Source: Bilabrum cf. latius (lineage: Eukaryota). Taken from it: DNA of 64,000 bases. Location of the stretch: contig OZ237756.1 in NCBI GenBank assembly GCA_965178125.1, positions 372,001 to 436,000 on the forward strand, in the 5' to 3' direction. Below are positions 24,445 through 37,038 of the stretch, one piece after another. The notes under the pieces are model-generated. The model was not told the DNA's origin, did not search any database, and saw nothing but the letters and a program-made list of their open reading frames with translations. Position numbers and translations under genes: made by a program. How positions within the stretch are numbered: the first letter of the stretch is position 1; every line of letters begins with the position of its first letter.

Positions 24445-25802
24445 TCACTCCCGCGCTTTCACGACGTGCGACCACCCCGGTTTCTCCACCCTACCGTACT
24501 AGATATCCGTGATCGCCGTCCAGAACCTCTGAGTGAGCGGTCCGGCCCCCTCCTCCTCCCCCACCGGGTGCTTGGGTTCAATCGTCACATCTCCAGAGGC
24601 GATCGATTTCACGGGGCTTACGACAGTGGCCGTTCCGCACCCGAAGCACTCCAGCAGTCTACCCCCCTCATGTGCCCGCTCCAGCTCACCCATGGTAATC
24701 TTCCTCTCGCTCACCTCGAATTCGCCCCACTCCTTCCCCAGCTCAATCACGCTGTCCCTCGTCACACCCGGCAGGATGGTCCCATCCTCGAGAGGGGCAG
24801 TGACCAGCTCCCTGCAGGTCCCGTCCTCCTTCTCCATGTAGGCGAAGAAATTCATCGTGCCCACCTCGGTCACCTCCCCCCCGTCCTCGTCCCCGAGCAC
24901 CCACAGGACCTGGGTGTAGCCGTGCGACGCTGCGAGGACCGACGGCTGCACTGTGGGCCCGTAATTGGCACCCAGCTTGCTGTTCCCTGTGCCACCCGGC
25001 CATGCCCTCACGTACTTGCGCTCTGCTACCAGGCTCACCGGCTTGAATCCCTCCGGGTAGTAGGGGCCCACCGGCGCCGCAATGCAGTACACCTTGACGC
25101 TGGAGCTCGGCCCGAGCCCGAGGAAAGGGTGGGTGGAGATCGCCGTGGGCCTGAGGTAGAGAGAGAAACCATCGCCCTCAGGGATCCATTCCTAATCAGT
25201 GAGCACGAACTGCTCGATGCACCGAAGCAGCTGCTCCTTGTCAAAGGGCGGGAACTGGAGGCGAGCGCACGAATTCTAGAATCGATCCATGTTCTTCATC
25301 GGGCGGAAGAGACGGACATTACCGTCCTAATTACGGTACGCTTTCATTCCTTCGAAACATTCCAGCGCGTAATGCAGCACGCTAGCCGCGGGGTGCATCT
25401 CGAAATTTCCCATCGGCGAGATTTTGGGAGTGGCCCAGCCTTTCTCAGCATCCCAGTCTATCTCGAGCATGTGATCGCTAAACGTGGTACCAAACGTTAG
25501 CTTATCATTTTCAAGTTTGTTGCCAGGCGTCGGGTTTGGCTTCACAACGAGCTAAGATGCCTGCGCAAGTGCCGATGCAAAGAGCTAGAAACTGTGACGC
25601 AAGTGCGTTTGAACTAAAGCAGAAATTACAAGCTTTCGCGATGATCAATCACAATCTTATGATTTACTAATTAAACCGTTCCGCGCTCCTAACGAGCCAG
25701 AAAACTGTCTCTTACATCAATCATAGACGCGGAAGAACTTGAGATCCACCGGTTGGATCCGATTACACGATGCGCACGCGAGCGAATGCATGCCAGCTAC
25801 AT
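24445..25802 (-). CDS. BCAT: Branched-chain amino acid aminotransferase, probably mitochondrial; exons 25802-25716, 25560-24445
   Basis: Motifs FGTTFSDHML, VLHYALECFEGMKAY, RLFRP, SLYLRPT, RAWPGGTGNSKLGANY, EVGTMNFF, ILPGVTRDS, ECFGCGTA and DI(TAG)YG. Presequence MQLACIRSRAHR starts ATG TAG. Six TAGs. Ends TGA. Confidence 0.95.
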
Positions 25803-25969
25803 ACGCCGTAACATTATAATAGATAATAATAACGCAACAGCGATTTGAGTGCAGCGGGTTGTTTCGAATACCCATAACCGGAACCATGCAGCTGACGTGA
25901 CGGAATGCCAGTGACATCGTAATGGCATTATTGCCATTGAAAGAAAGCTTCATTCCTTATCTTACTAGA

Positions 25970-27545
25970 TCACGAGACACCCTTCACACTCCCCCCACCC
26001 ACGCCGTAGATCGCTCGCCTCCGCACCTCCCTCGCAAGCGACCGACGCACTAGCACGCCGCACTCATCGTGTCCATTCGCCATCGCTGCCTCCATCGCGT
26101 CCTGCATCACCCCGCCCACATCCAACTTAAGCTCAGCCCCCCCCGCCATCACACCCAGCCTCAGCCTCCTGGCCAGCTCCAGTGGCCTGCCCTCGGATGC
26201 GGCCCGCCACACCAGCCCCGCATCCCGCCGGGCCTGGCTCGCCACACGGTGACGCAGCAGTGCACCAATGCGCCTGCGCCGGCTGTTGAAGGCCCGCAGC
26301 CGGGGCAGCATGGCAGGGATCGTGTGATCCTTATGATACGTGATATCAGGAGAAATATATTCCCACCAGAAGAACACGATCCGCGGGTTGGCCAGCACAG
26401 CCTCCAGCATTCTGCCGCACTGTCTGGCTGCTTCTTCAGGCTGGCCCCGGAAGTCATTGATGTTCGTTGATCCGATCACGAGCGACCGCAATGCTTGGTT
26501 CTGCCGCACAGCATCACACAGCGGGCCCACTCGGCACGGGGTTGATTTCCGGCCTGCAGTCATGTTGTACCTGAGGATGAGGTGCTGGATGCTGGTGTTC
26601 TCCCTCACAATGCGGGCCCCGCACTCTCCCATCGCATTGTATGGGGCCAAGCCGCATCCCGGCAGAAGGGTCCAGCTCGTTTCCACCTGCACCAACGTGC
26701 TGTTGCTGCTGAGTGCCTCCGTCCATGCCAGCATCGCGTCAAGATCCAAGTTGCATGGACCCAGGTGACAGTACCGAATGCTCCGGTTGCATCGGATGCC
26801 GTCGGCCATGAGACGATTCATCTTGTACAGCTGCTGGATAGCCTCCTGGTCACGGGGCTGCTTGCCGAGCATATCGCGGATCTTCAGCACCTCCAAACTG
26901 CACTGCGAGTCGGCCAGCACTTTCTGGAAGACTTGCACGCAATCCAATGACATCGTTGTCCATCCTTTTAGCTCAAATACTCGAAGCCGGTTCTTGCCGC
27001 CCGCGTGCAGCATGGCAGGTGCCAGGGCCTCCATGCCATCCGCCGTCCAGCTGACGATCTAAAATTGTAAGCACTGCAGATGCGGTGAGTCGTCAATCGT
27101 GTCCATGCATACTGCTGACCGAAGCGCAGATCCCACGCCTGCATCCAAGAGTTTGTGCTCGAGTCCAGGTACTCGCAAGGATCGCAGCCGGATGCCATCC
27201 TCGGCCAGTACCGATGCCAGTTCCTGTATGGCACTACACGGCGACTTTGTAGGCATGCTAACTCTAGATCGCCCTTGCCTGACTGGTCCCACTGCCTTCT
27301 CTACCTGCATGAGTTTCATTGCGTCGTGGAGGGTGTAGGCCTAGGTATAAAGTCTCGTCCAATTGTACAGTCTCTGCGAAAAAGAACAGCGGACAGGTTG
27401 TATGACAAACATAGGCATACCAAGCAATGGGTTAATTCATTTTTGGCTGAAATCAGGTGACTACATGCTGGTCAGAACATACTTGAGAGCGAACGCTGAG
27501 CTTGGCCTGGAAGTACCCGGCCTCCTCCGCGAATTCAGACGACAT
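25970..27545 (-). CDS. LRR (RI-like) protein with ankyrin-like C-terminus, copy 1; exons 27545-27483, 27373-25970
   Basis: LxxLxL-type repeats (LRVFELKG, LEVLKIRD, IRCNRSIRYCHL, LSSNSTLVQV, VRENTSIQHLIL, VRQNQALRSLVI) and ankyrin-like AASEG...AMANGHDECGVLV. Intron position is conserved across paralogues. TAGs at 27341 and 27059. Confidence 0.75.
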
Positions 27546-28399
27546 GCTGGTTCTCCAAGTGCAGTCAGAGAATGTAATCAGTACCTGTATAAGCCACCAG
27601 GTCACAATAAAAGCTGTAGCAAGGCTACCCTGACAAAGTACAGAATAATAAGCCAGCGCGTGACGAGAGTGAGAACCACTCACGGAACCATGCCTGCCAG
27701 TGGATAAAGCTGAATGCCTGCAAAGTTGAAGCGACTCGGAGGTAGTAATTCTTCGTGTCGGTATGCTTTCCAACAGCCTCAGCTCGTGCTCAATTGCACC
27801 GCCACACCGCTCGCCCCAGCCCTCTCCACAAGCCCGTCTCCACCGAGCCTGTTGGCCAACTCGTCCGATGCGGCTCCCACGTCGTCATCAAGCCCAGCCA
27901 CACCGCAACTCTGCAGTGCAATGCACTCCAAGAAGCACTCCCGCTGGTCACCTCCATCGCCCCTCTCGTCATCAGCACCCCCATTACCCTTGCTGTTGCC
28001 ATTCGTGCCCCCTCCAGACCATGGAGTGCCTTGGGTGCTTCCCCTTGCTGTTGCCGTTCGCGCCCCCTCAAGACCATGGAGTGCTTCGGACCCAAAAAGA
28101 CGGCAATCACAGGGGCAGGGACAGGCGTAGGGGCAGAGACAGGTGTAGTGGCAAGCATAGGCCTCTATCCCTGCCTCCCGTAGCCTGTGCCCAGGGACAG
28201 GAGCTGGGTGCCTGCCTCACCATCAAAGCCAGATGCAGTAGCTGCGGTGGCCTGCCCGCAGGAACTGCTGCCGGAGGGATGGAGGGCAGACATGGGCACT
28301 CGAAGGAGGGTGATGTGCGAGCGTGCTGCTGCGAACATGAAGAGAGTGAAGCCCACGGAATCGTTCATTTCATCTGCGGGACATAAGCTTGTCTCCGGT

Positions 28400-28551
28400 G
28401 GGTGCAGTGCAGTGCAGTGCAGGGAGGCACGGCGGAGAGCCCGGTCTACCTGCGGCTGTCGGACGCGTGGGTGCAGTGCAGGGAGGCACGGCGGAGAGCC
28501 CGGTCTACCTGCGGCTGTCGGACGGGTGGGTGCAGTGCAGGGAAGCACGGT
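28400..28551. repeat. 59-bp minisatellite, about 2.5 units
   Basis: Unit gggtgcagtgcagggaggcacggcggagagcccggtctacctgcggctgtcggacgggt. Confidence 0.9.
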
Positions 28552-29784
28552 GGATTGCTCTGCAATGCCGGATTGGGCCAGCAAGCGCGGATTGGAGACC
28601 AGTGGATTCGCCGGAGGATTAGAGCGGCGGCCACGACCTTACCGTGCGCTGGAAGAGTTTCATCCAGAGCTCACTACGACTTGCAGGCCCTGCAGGTCAG
28701 CAGGTGCAGCCCCTATTTGAAATCTGGGCGGGGGGATCGTGTCGTGGCAAGTTGCGTGTAAATTGAGTTTTATTTTGCGATCGAAGGTGAACCGTATGCC
28801 TTGCACCGCCCGCGCATTGCTGCGGGTGCAATCTACATGGATGACTATTTGATATCTGGGAAGAGCAGTGTACCTTCTGTATTGATTGCACGCCAGCTGG
28901 CATGCAATTCATGGAGAGCACCGCAACTCGTTGTTCGCGACAACCACACCCTTGGGCTGAAGATGCTTCGTACGTCGCGCCACAGGGACCTGTATGTAGG
29001 CTTTGATTGTGTGCGAAATGGCATGCCATGGTCGACAGCTCTGGACTGGCGCTTTAGTAGACTGCAGGATGTAGTTGCACTTAGGCTCAGTCGCGCTTCT
29101 CGCGCTGTTTACAGTCCCTTTTCCACATATGCTTACCTTGACATATCATGTACAGTGTGCAAATGACCGCTGCTTAGCCCTGACAGTTGAAGAGTTTTCC
29201 TTGATGGCTAAGTGATGCGAGACGAGGCAACGAAGCGGTAGCATCTAGAGCAGTAGAGGCCATACTCTGCCATAGGACTTCTGCAGTACATGCAAACGGC
29301 CACTGGGCGTCAATTGGGTTTGATTACCACGTAATCGGCCGGATGTCAAGGATTTAGCTAGCAAGCAAAGGTCAAGCAACAGCCGCAATACAATTCGCGA
29401 GCGCAGCAGCTTTCAGCTGGCAGCGCTACTGACCATTAAACCAGTACCTAAGTAACGGTTGAGCAGGTACGGCTTGGTAAACCTCAATTTTGACGTCTGA
29501 AAGCTCGCGATCTGGGACGACTGCAGCAACACTGAGGCCGTTTCTGCCCTGATCCGGCGCCACTCAGGGTCATCGGTCTAGTTCTCGACGAATATGTGCG
29601 ACCGATTGTGCAGCCTGGTTGCTAGGCGAAGCTCCACCTGCCAGTAGGCATAATGCGCTGTAGATTTGCTGAGATTTTGCATCGCGGTCGCTTGTCGGTT
29701 GCTGGTGCTTGCGAGCGAAGCTTCCATGGGATTCGCTCTCGCATTTCGAGCGGTAGATTCGCCGTCCATTCTTGAACACCAGGC

Positions 29785-32700
29785 ATGCGCACGGTTGCAG
29801 CCGCTTGCATCATGGCTATATGCATGGGCTCTTCCATTGCCAAATCGGGTGCTTTGAAGGAAGGCAGCTCGAGAGTGTACCGAAAGACCGGCGCAAACCA
29901 AGCGGTTATGCGAGCCAGAGGTGAGGCAGAACGGCAGCACTATCGCAAGCCGCTGGCACCTATTTGAAGCTTTGTATGCCAGCTCATTTGGAATTCAAGC
30001 TGTCGCTCCTTATTCTCCGTGGTGTCTCCTCCGCAGACTCGAACGACCCATCGCCTGAATCGGCCGGAGGGTCCGCTGGCTCCACCGGTGGGGCCGATCC
30101 TGAGCCTGAGAGAGACGCTAGTCCGGGCCACCAGTGCAAGCACATGATCTTTCATGTGAATGCATTTGAATGGGACAAGGCAGGAGACCTGATATCATCT
30201 GCTATGCTCGCAGATCCGAAGATGGTCGCCGAGGAGCTCGCCGCAGCCTCTCGCCAGCTTGCAGAGGACATCAAGGAGGCCCGGGTGAAGCCATCGCCGG
30301 AGGAACCTTCTACAGACAGGCTTCCGGCGGATACAAATGACACTGTCGATGCGCAGAAGCAAAATACGAGTCTCAAGGTGCCGCAGAAAGGCGCGACGAA
30401 CGACGCTCCCGGAGGGGATGCATACCAAGGTGCGCCGGCCGGCTCTGTCCCCAAGAGGCCTCTAGACCTGGACCCGGTCGCATTGGATGAAGCCGGGGCT
30501 GGTCTGGTCCGCTTCAGCGAGGCCACCAGGCCAGAGGACCCCTCCTCCTCCTCCTCGAGCCCAGCCAGCAGCGGGGTGCAGGGGTGCGTCGACAAGGCGG
30601 CTGGCAAGCTGGCCCGGGGGGAGGCGAAAGAGGTCCGGGCTGCGATCGAGTCTGCATGCCAGGTGCAGGCAGGCATCGATGCGTTCATCGAGGGCCGCAC
30701 ATCCGGCGGCGGGACTCCACTGACGGTTGGGATCGGCATGGCCGTGGCAGCCGAGGCCCAGCGAGCGGCTGCCGTGTCCATGGGCCTGCATCTGGCGAAT
30801 CTCCTGGGTGCCGAGATGCCATTCCAGTACCACCTGAGCATTGGCGGGTACAGGCCGAGCGAGAACACTCCCCATGGCCTCCCTCCCTCCTTCAGCCAGG
30901 CGCTTCTCACGGAGCTGGGGGGTCTTGCCTCCGAGCCGGGAGCATCATCGCCGCACTCTTCGGTTGATCATACGGTGGATCATCTCATGGCTTCGCTTAC
31001 GGCGCTTGGCGAGAAATGCGCAAATGATGAAGTCCTGATTCCTCATCCCGCTGTGATCGGCATGTCTGCATGCACGACCGATGAGGTGGTTCAAGCGCTG
31101 GTTGCAACCGGTGCCATCGGCGACTCCGGATACTACGAGGACCCGGCCGTGCAGCTGGCTGGCGATCTTTCCAACCTGAGGGGCAGTCAGTAGTTTGGGG
31201 GTGACACGCATCACACATCGATGCCCTACGTGACAGAAGACCACGGGCAGCTCATCCCGCCGGCCAACTCCAGCCTGCTTCACCTGGAGGCATCGTCAGG
31301 GGCTGGCAGCCGGCAGGGCCCGCTACTGCACGGTGTTGGCGAGCCCCCAGCTGCAGGTGGTCATGCAGGGGACAGCGGCGAGGAGGGTGGTGGCGTTGGT
31401 GCAGGTGCTTCTTCTGCGAGCATTGGGGGCGCTGGGGGTGCTTCTTCTGGGGCAGGTGGTCCAGAAGCGGCACAAGAAGCTGCTGGCGGTGACAGCATTG
31501 ACATGGCTGGCCTTCCCGTGGAGAGGACCGATCGGCACCAGGTCGTGTTTGTTCTAGACACGGGTGTGCACCGTCGCTACTCTGGGTTTCAGTCCGAAGG
31601 TGCATTCGACTGGGTCGAGAAGGCCTTGTTTCAGGCCACGGGCGGGTATCCGGACGACCCGCCAACGAGCAGAGTATCGATGGGTGTGTCCATGCGGAAT
31701 CCCGATGGGACAGAGAGAAATGACGCGTCCTTGCCTGTTTCGTTGGATTGGCATGGTACCACGGTCGCAAAGGAGGCGTGCGGCGGGCCGGGGATGCGGT
31801 CGATCATCGTGCCGGTGCGAGTCATCAGCATGCCGTGGAACGAGGACCATGGTGGTTTGCCAACCGAAGAGGAGCGCCAACTCGTCGCTGACCTCAGTGA
31901 ATCAGGAAGCCCCGACCCTGGCAGTGAGCCGGTCCGCGCCGAGGATGGTGCAGCTCCCAAGCAGCAGCAGCGCGCATCATTCGCTGGCTGGGGACTGGCT
32001 GCGATAGTGCACATGGCTCAGAATGTACGGCTGACGATCCGACGATCCATGGGCGCCTCTTTCCGTGATGGGGCCGTCCTAGGGGTGGTGAACATGGCCA
32101 TAATTAACTGGGATGGAGACAAGCAGGAGTTCTGGTTCAGAACCAAGAGGCCTCCCATCAGCGAGGCCAAGATGATAAGGATCTCAGAGGAGCTCAATCA
32201 TTTCTCCGATGTGCTGCGCAACCTGGGCTTCCTGCTTGTGGCTGCGGCTGGCAATTTTCACATGAATGCCGCAGACTCCTACCCGTGCAATGCCAAAGGT
32301 GTGATTTGCGTGGGATCCCATGCTGTACAGGACACGGTGGGAGAGGTGCGCATGTCCGATTTTTCTCACTACGGTACTCAGGTAGACATATTCGCCTAGG
32401 GTGAGGGTATTGTACAGGTCAATCTAACGACGTTCAAAGATTGCGATAAGCTCATTCAGGGCACATCATTTTCGGCGCCTCGTGTGACAAGATCGCTGAT
32501 CACCATGGCCGGTACGCTGCGGATCGTCGACGTGACCAAGGCTCTCCATCTGTTACAAGCCAACAACAAGGATGTGGTGCTGGCGATTGCAGCGTCCACC
32601 CCTTGGGGTATCGGTGAGGAATGGCTGGAGGCATAGCTCGCAGATACCATGGCAGGTCGGGAGCACTAGAGATTGGTGATGAGGGACATGGCATCGACCG

Positions 32701-33731
32701 ACCTTGAATCGTGGAAAGTACCGCGTGCGGATCTTCTTCCAGCCATCTGCGACCCCAGTGAGGTTGCGTGTGACCCTGTGTTGCGTGTCTATCGATGTGG
32801 CTGCTTCGAAATTTTAAGTTCGACAGACAACACATGCGTTGCGTCGCCCCGATCCCCCGGTGTGCACGTTGGAATGCAGCGTGACGGCCTACGAGAGCTA
32901 GCCGGTTCTGGTAGCGCGGAATGTTCTGAATCATCTTGCCGCATTACGAACAGCCTCACTCTTCAGGGCATGCATGGGGATGTTAGCGCAGTAGGTTCGT
33001 TGCTTCGGATCGATGCAGACATCTCTGGCATTGGGCGTGATCCTGAGAATGAAGCCAAAGCTGATGCGGCTGGCGACAAGACTGGTGGGGCTAGTGCTTC
33101 CGACAAGACTGGTGGGGCTAGTGCTGCCGACAAGACTGGAGGGGCTAGTGCTGTTGACAAGACTGGTGGGGCTAGTGCTGGCGACCAGGCCGCCAAGGAG
33201 GCCGCTGCTGATCCTGCGGAAGGCCACATTATGCCAGCTGAAGTCCCGTTTAAGGATTTCGTGTTCCCTAGTCGAGTCAAGTGCGACGCAATCGCAGGTT
33301 CACGGCGCCCCCATGCATTCATTAAGCTGTCTGGCATGTGTTTCGACGACACTGGTGGTGCTAACGAAGGGATCGAGGAAACCGACGTGCTGGTCGATGT
33401 CCTGGATGGCTGTCCGTGGACGCTGTATTCGAATACGATGGGCCGATTTGCGGTGCTTGCTAGACGTGTGTCGCGCTGCGGTACCGAGGCTGTGGCAAAG
33501 CCGATCTACGTCACAGCGTATTTGGACCCACATGGCGCTGGTGGGCAGTCCCGGGCACAATCTTGCCAACCCATGGCTGGTGAGACCGAGTCAGAGGAGC
33601 CGCTCCAATGGCATGTCGGAGTCACGGTGAAAGAGCCCTCCCTGTACGTGCATGTACATGCTAATAAGGATGCGGGTCTCGAGGATGTACCACTCAGGGT
33701 AGACGTATCGGTTCGGTATCCAGACTGGTGA
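29785..33731 (+). CDS. Secreted subtilisin-like (S8) serine protease, copy 1; exons 29785-29920, 30037-33731
   Basis: Signal peptide MRTVAAACIMAICMGSSIA. Catalytic motifs FVLDTGV (Asp), WHGTTVA (His), VAAAGN (oxyanion Asn) and GTSFSAPRV (Ser). The Ser motif is reached only by reading TAG 32397-32399. Other TAGs at 31191, 32634 and 32667. Ends TGA. Confidence 0.85.
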
Positions 33732-33949
33732 AACCTCGAAATCAAGTCAATCTGCCGGATCCTGGGACACCTGGACGTACTCGGAGATCAGGACTGTAGC
33801 CACGGGGACCGGGGATGACGAGGAGGTGTAGAACATTGTGGGGACACCGGCACAGGCGACGATCCGGATAGTGCGGTGCAGGGACGCTTGTCATTTCGGG
33901 CTGCATACTAGGCTAACCATGAGTATAGGTTTTAATCTTCTTCTTGAAA

Positions 33950-35459
33950 GTTCAACACGCAAGACCTGACAAAGCTGTGCCTGTGCGCGACCCTTGACCG
34001 GACTGACCGGTGCTGGGAAGAGCACGTGCACTACTCCGCCGAGGAGGAGGGGGTTGGGAGGGTGGGCAAAAATTACCCAATCTCCGCCCCTCTCCTGAAC
34101 ACAAAGAGGGTATGCGCGTCATCGCAAGCAATCCGTTGGCTTGGTCGCACCTTCCCGGTCGCAACTGCCATCGGAACCCAACGAGACATTCACGCGCTCC
34201 CACTCTGGCATCAACACCGAACCCCATACGGCGTTAGGATCAAGGAATCTGCTGTTCTATCGCGTATAAATACCTACCGCCGGATGGAGTTCGTGTTTGA
34301 TGCGACGATGGGAGCGCAGGAAGGAATGTCCCCCAGTTTGTTCCGGTATAGGATCGGTCGCAACCGGTGGTCGACGCGCCCCGGATATACGTGGACCGTA
34401 CAGAGTTGATGGATCTGTGGCATACGAAATCGTTATCTACCCTGCCGGGTACAGTTGCTGAGAAAGACGGCGACGGTGATGGTGTGGGCTGGCCCTCCGC
34501 CAGCACCACCACAGGGCGGCCGCCCTCGGCCCGCCCTCACCTCCACCCATCATGTCGTCGAAGGGAACGTGAGCTCCCTACCGGCAGGTATCAATTCAAT
34601 CAGTACCAACCAAACAAAAAATACTACCATATGCGGTGTGCTGAGTCCCCTAGTCCCGAATCCTCTTCATCGCCCCTGGCGTGAATGGGTGGTGCTCCAC
34701 TTGTGGTCGCACCCCCTCTGTTCAGCTCACGGGTGGGTGGGTCAACTTTAGCTACAACGTCCGTTGTGCGCCTCGTGCACTAGGTATCAGTTACCTTGTG
34801 CCGCAGATTTATATCTTTTGCGCTAATTTTTGCGCGTGCTCCCAAAAGGGTGCCAGATTCCAGGGCCACTCTCCACGGTCCGATCAAACCGGAACTCTCC
34901 GCGCGCTCCGACTCCCAATTTGAAACATTGCAGCTCTCTCTGTGCTCAGGAGAGGGACGGAGTTTGGGTTAATTCGTTATGCGTGCTCCGTTGCTACTGC
35001 CAGCTCGGTGAGGCTGAAGCGGCGCACGGCCACTCCATCCGCATCGCTGCAGTGATGTGCCTGGACCGAGCAGGCGTCGCCTTCGAGACTATCAGGCGAT
35101 TCGGGCGGTGGAAGTCAGCTTCTTCGTGTGAGGTATACCTACGTTCAGCCAGAGAGGGCCTTCCCCCTCTTGAGCTCCGTGGGTCAGACCTCTAGTTGAA
35201 GCTGCCAGCATGGGTGCTGGCGCGCGCCCTTCGCATGTTTGGCGATCATGCTGCTGCGGTGCAGCCGCCGCCTGTTCCGTGTAAGCTGGCTTCCGGTTTG
35301 GCTCAATGGCACCCCACTGAGCTCAAGCATGCAAGGAGAACTTTGCCGCTCGGTAGATACGTAGTTACGCAAGTTGGAGGACGACGCATCCGTGCTCGGC
35401 AAGATCGACGTTGGTGTCGAGGGCGTACCGTTGGCAGCAGGGGAAGAGCATGGTGGTGA
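33950..35459 (+). mobile_element. Degenerate tyrosine-recombinase element (DIRS/Ngaro-like remnant); boundaries uncertain
   Basis: About 35020-35150 encodes HGHSIRIAAV...IRRFGRWKSASSCEVYLRS, the HxxR/GRW/Y C-terminal YR catalytic motifs. The ORF reads through TAG 35193 to TGA 35457-35459. Upstream SSQAIRWLG is weakly RT-thumb-like. Confidence 0.55.
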
Positions 35460-36069
35460 ATCATAGGCTGGTGGAGATGCCTCCGACGAGGCCAAAGAGG
35501 ACTAGGACGAGAATTTGCTGAAGGATCTTCTCGGTGATGACGACAGTGATGATAAAAACTGGGGGGCGGTTGCGATGGAAGATGATTCTGACGGGGAGTT
35601 TGGCTCTGCCAAGGGGTGAGGGGTGTGGCGTAGATGACGAAGGTCGTGGCAGTGACGGGACCGGTGACGATGATGCGATGGATGGCGGAAGCGCAATGCA
35701 GCTGGAAGGCCATGCACATGGGCGAGTGGGTAAGGCAGCCTCTGGAGGAACTCAGCCAGTTGCCCTGTCCAAGGGTATCGGAGGTGCTGGTGTGGCCAAA
35801 GTTAAGTCCTCACGGAGGCAGATGGTTTTGTCCGCAAAGGCATAGCTGCGGACAAAACCATAGCCTGGGCTGGGCTTTATATGAGTGCGAGGAAGAGCAG
35901 CTTGCGACTGGTCGATGCGAAAAGAGCTGCAATGGGTGGTATCCTTCAACGATCCTAAGTCACGGATTGTATCGAGGTCCGTGCCCAGCCAGCGGAGCAC
36001 GTAAGAACTAATGCATCCGGCAATGCTCTTACAGCACAAGCTGCTGAGTCTGCAACTAGGCGACCACGA

Positions 36070-36992
36070 GCGCCTGCACGACGCGAAGCACACCCGCCCA
36101 AGCCCGCCAGGCTGACTTCCACAGCAAGGCAGCCACTGGCAGTCGTACACAAGCGCCATCCGGACCAAGCCAGGCTCAAGTCTATCTACTAGACGACGCG
36201 AAGCATACCCGCCCAGGCTCGCCAGGCTGACGTCCACAGCAAGGCGGCCACTGGCAGGCGCACACAAGCGCCATCCAGTTCAAGCAAAGCTCAAGTCTAC
36301 CTCCACGAGACGACACGACGCGACCCGCCCAGGCTCGCCAGGCTGACGTCCACAGCAAGGCGGCCGCTGGCAGGCGCACACAATCGCCATCCAGATCAAG
36401 CAAAGCTCAAGTCTATCCGCGAGACGACGCGACGCACACCCGCCCAGGCGCGCCAGGCTGACTTCCACAGCAAGGCGGCCACTGGCAGGCGCACACACGT
36501 GCCATCCAGACCAAGCAAGCTCAAGTCTACCCACGAGACGACGCGAAGCGACCCGCCCAGGTGCGCCAGGCTGACGTCCACAGCAAGGTGGCCGCTGGCA
36601 GGCGCACAACAGTGCCATCCAGACCAAGCAAGCTCAAGTGTATCCGCGAGACGACATGACGCACACCCGCCCAGGCCCGCCAGGCTGACGTCAACAGCAA
36701 GGCGGCCACTGGCAGGCGCACACAATCGCCATCCAGATCAAGCAAGCTCAAGTCTACCCACGAGACGACGCGAAGCGACCCGCCCAGGCGCGCCAGGCTG
36801 ACGTCCACAGCAAGGCGGCCACTGGCAGGCGCACACATGCGCCATCCAGATGAAGCAAGCTCAAGTCTATCCACGAGACGACGCGAAGCGACCCGCCCAG
36901 GCGCGCCAGGCTGACGTCCACAGCAAGGCGGCCACTGGCAGGCGCACACACGCGCCATCCAGATCAAGCAAGCTCAAGTCTATCCACGAGAC
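36070..36992. repeat. About 114-bp tandem repeat, about 8 diverged units
   Basis: The anchor ctcaagt recurs at about 36175, 36290, 36406, 36520, 36633, 36747, 36860 and 36973. Confidence 0.9.
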
Positions 36993-37038
36993 CATGCGAA
37001 CGACACCTGCACGAGCGTCAGCGAGACAGAGCATACGA

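Noticed and set aside
24292-25500. 402-aa plus-strand ORF, and similar shadow ORFs such as 8061..9374 and 17925..19013
   Set aside because: Antisense shadows of real GC3-rich genes.
393-25802. Mass pseudogenisation or sequencing error as the cause of the internal stops
   Set aside because: All internal stops are TAG, there are no frameshifts, catalytic motifs are intact and TAGs map to conserved Gln positions.
28697-29166. Small ORFs in the LRR-subtilase spacer
   Set aside because: A 1-nt indel in the duplicate (near 47020) breaks the frame and there are no recognisable motifs.
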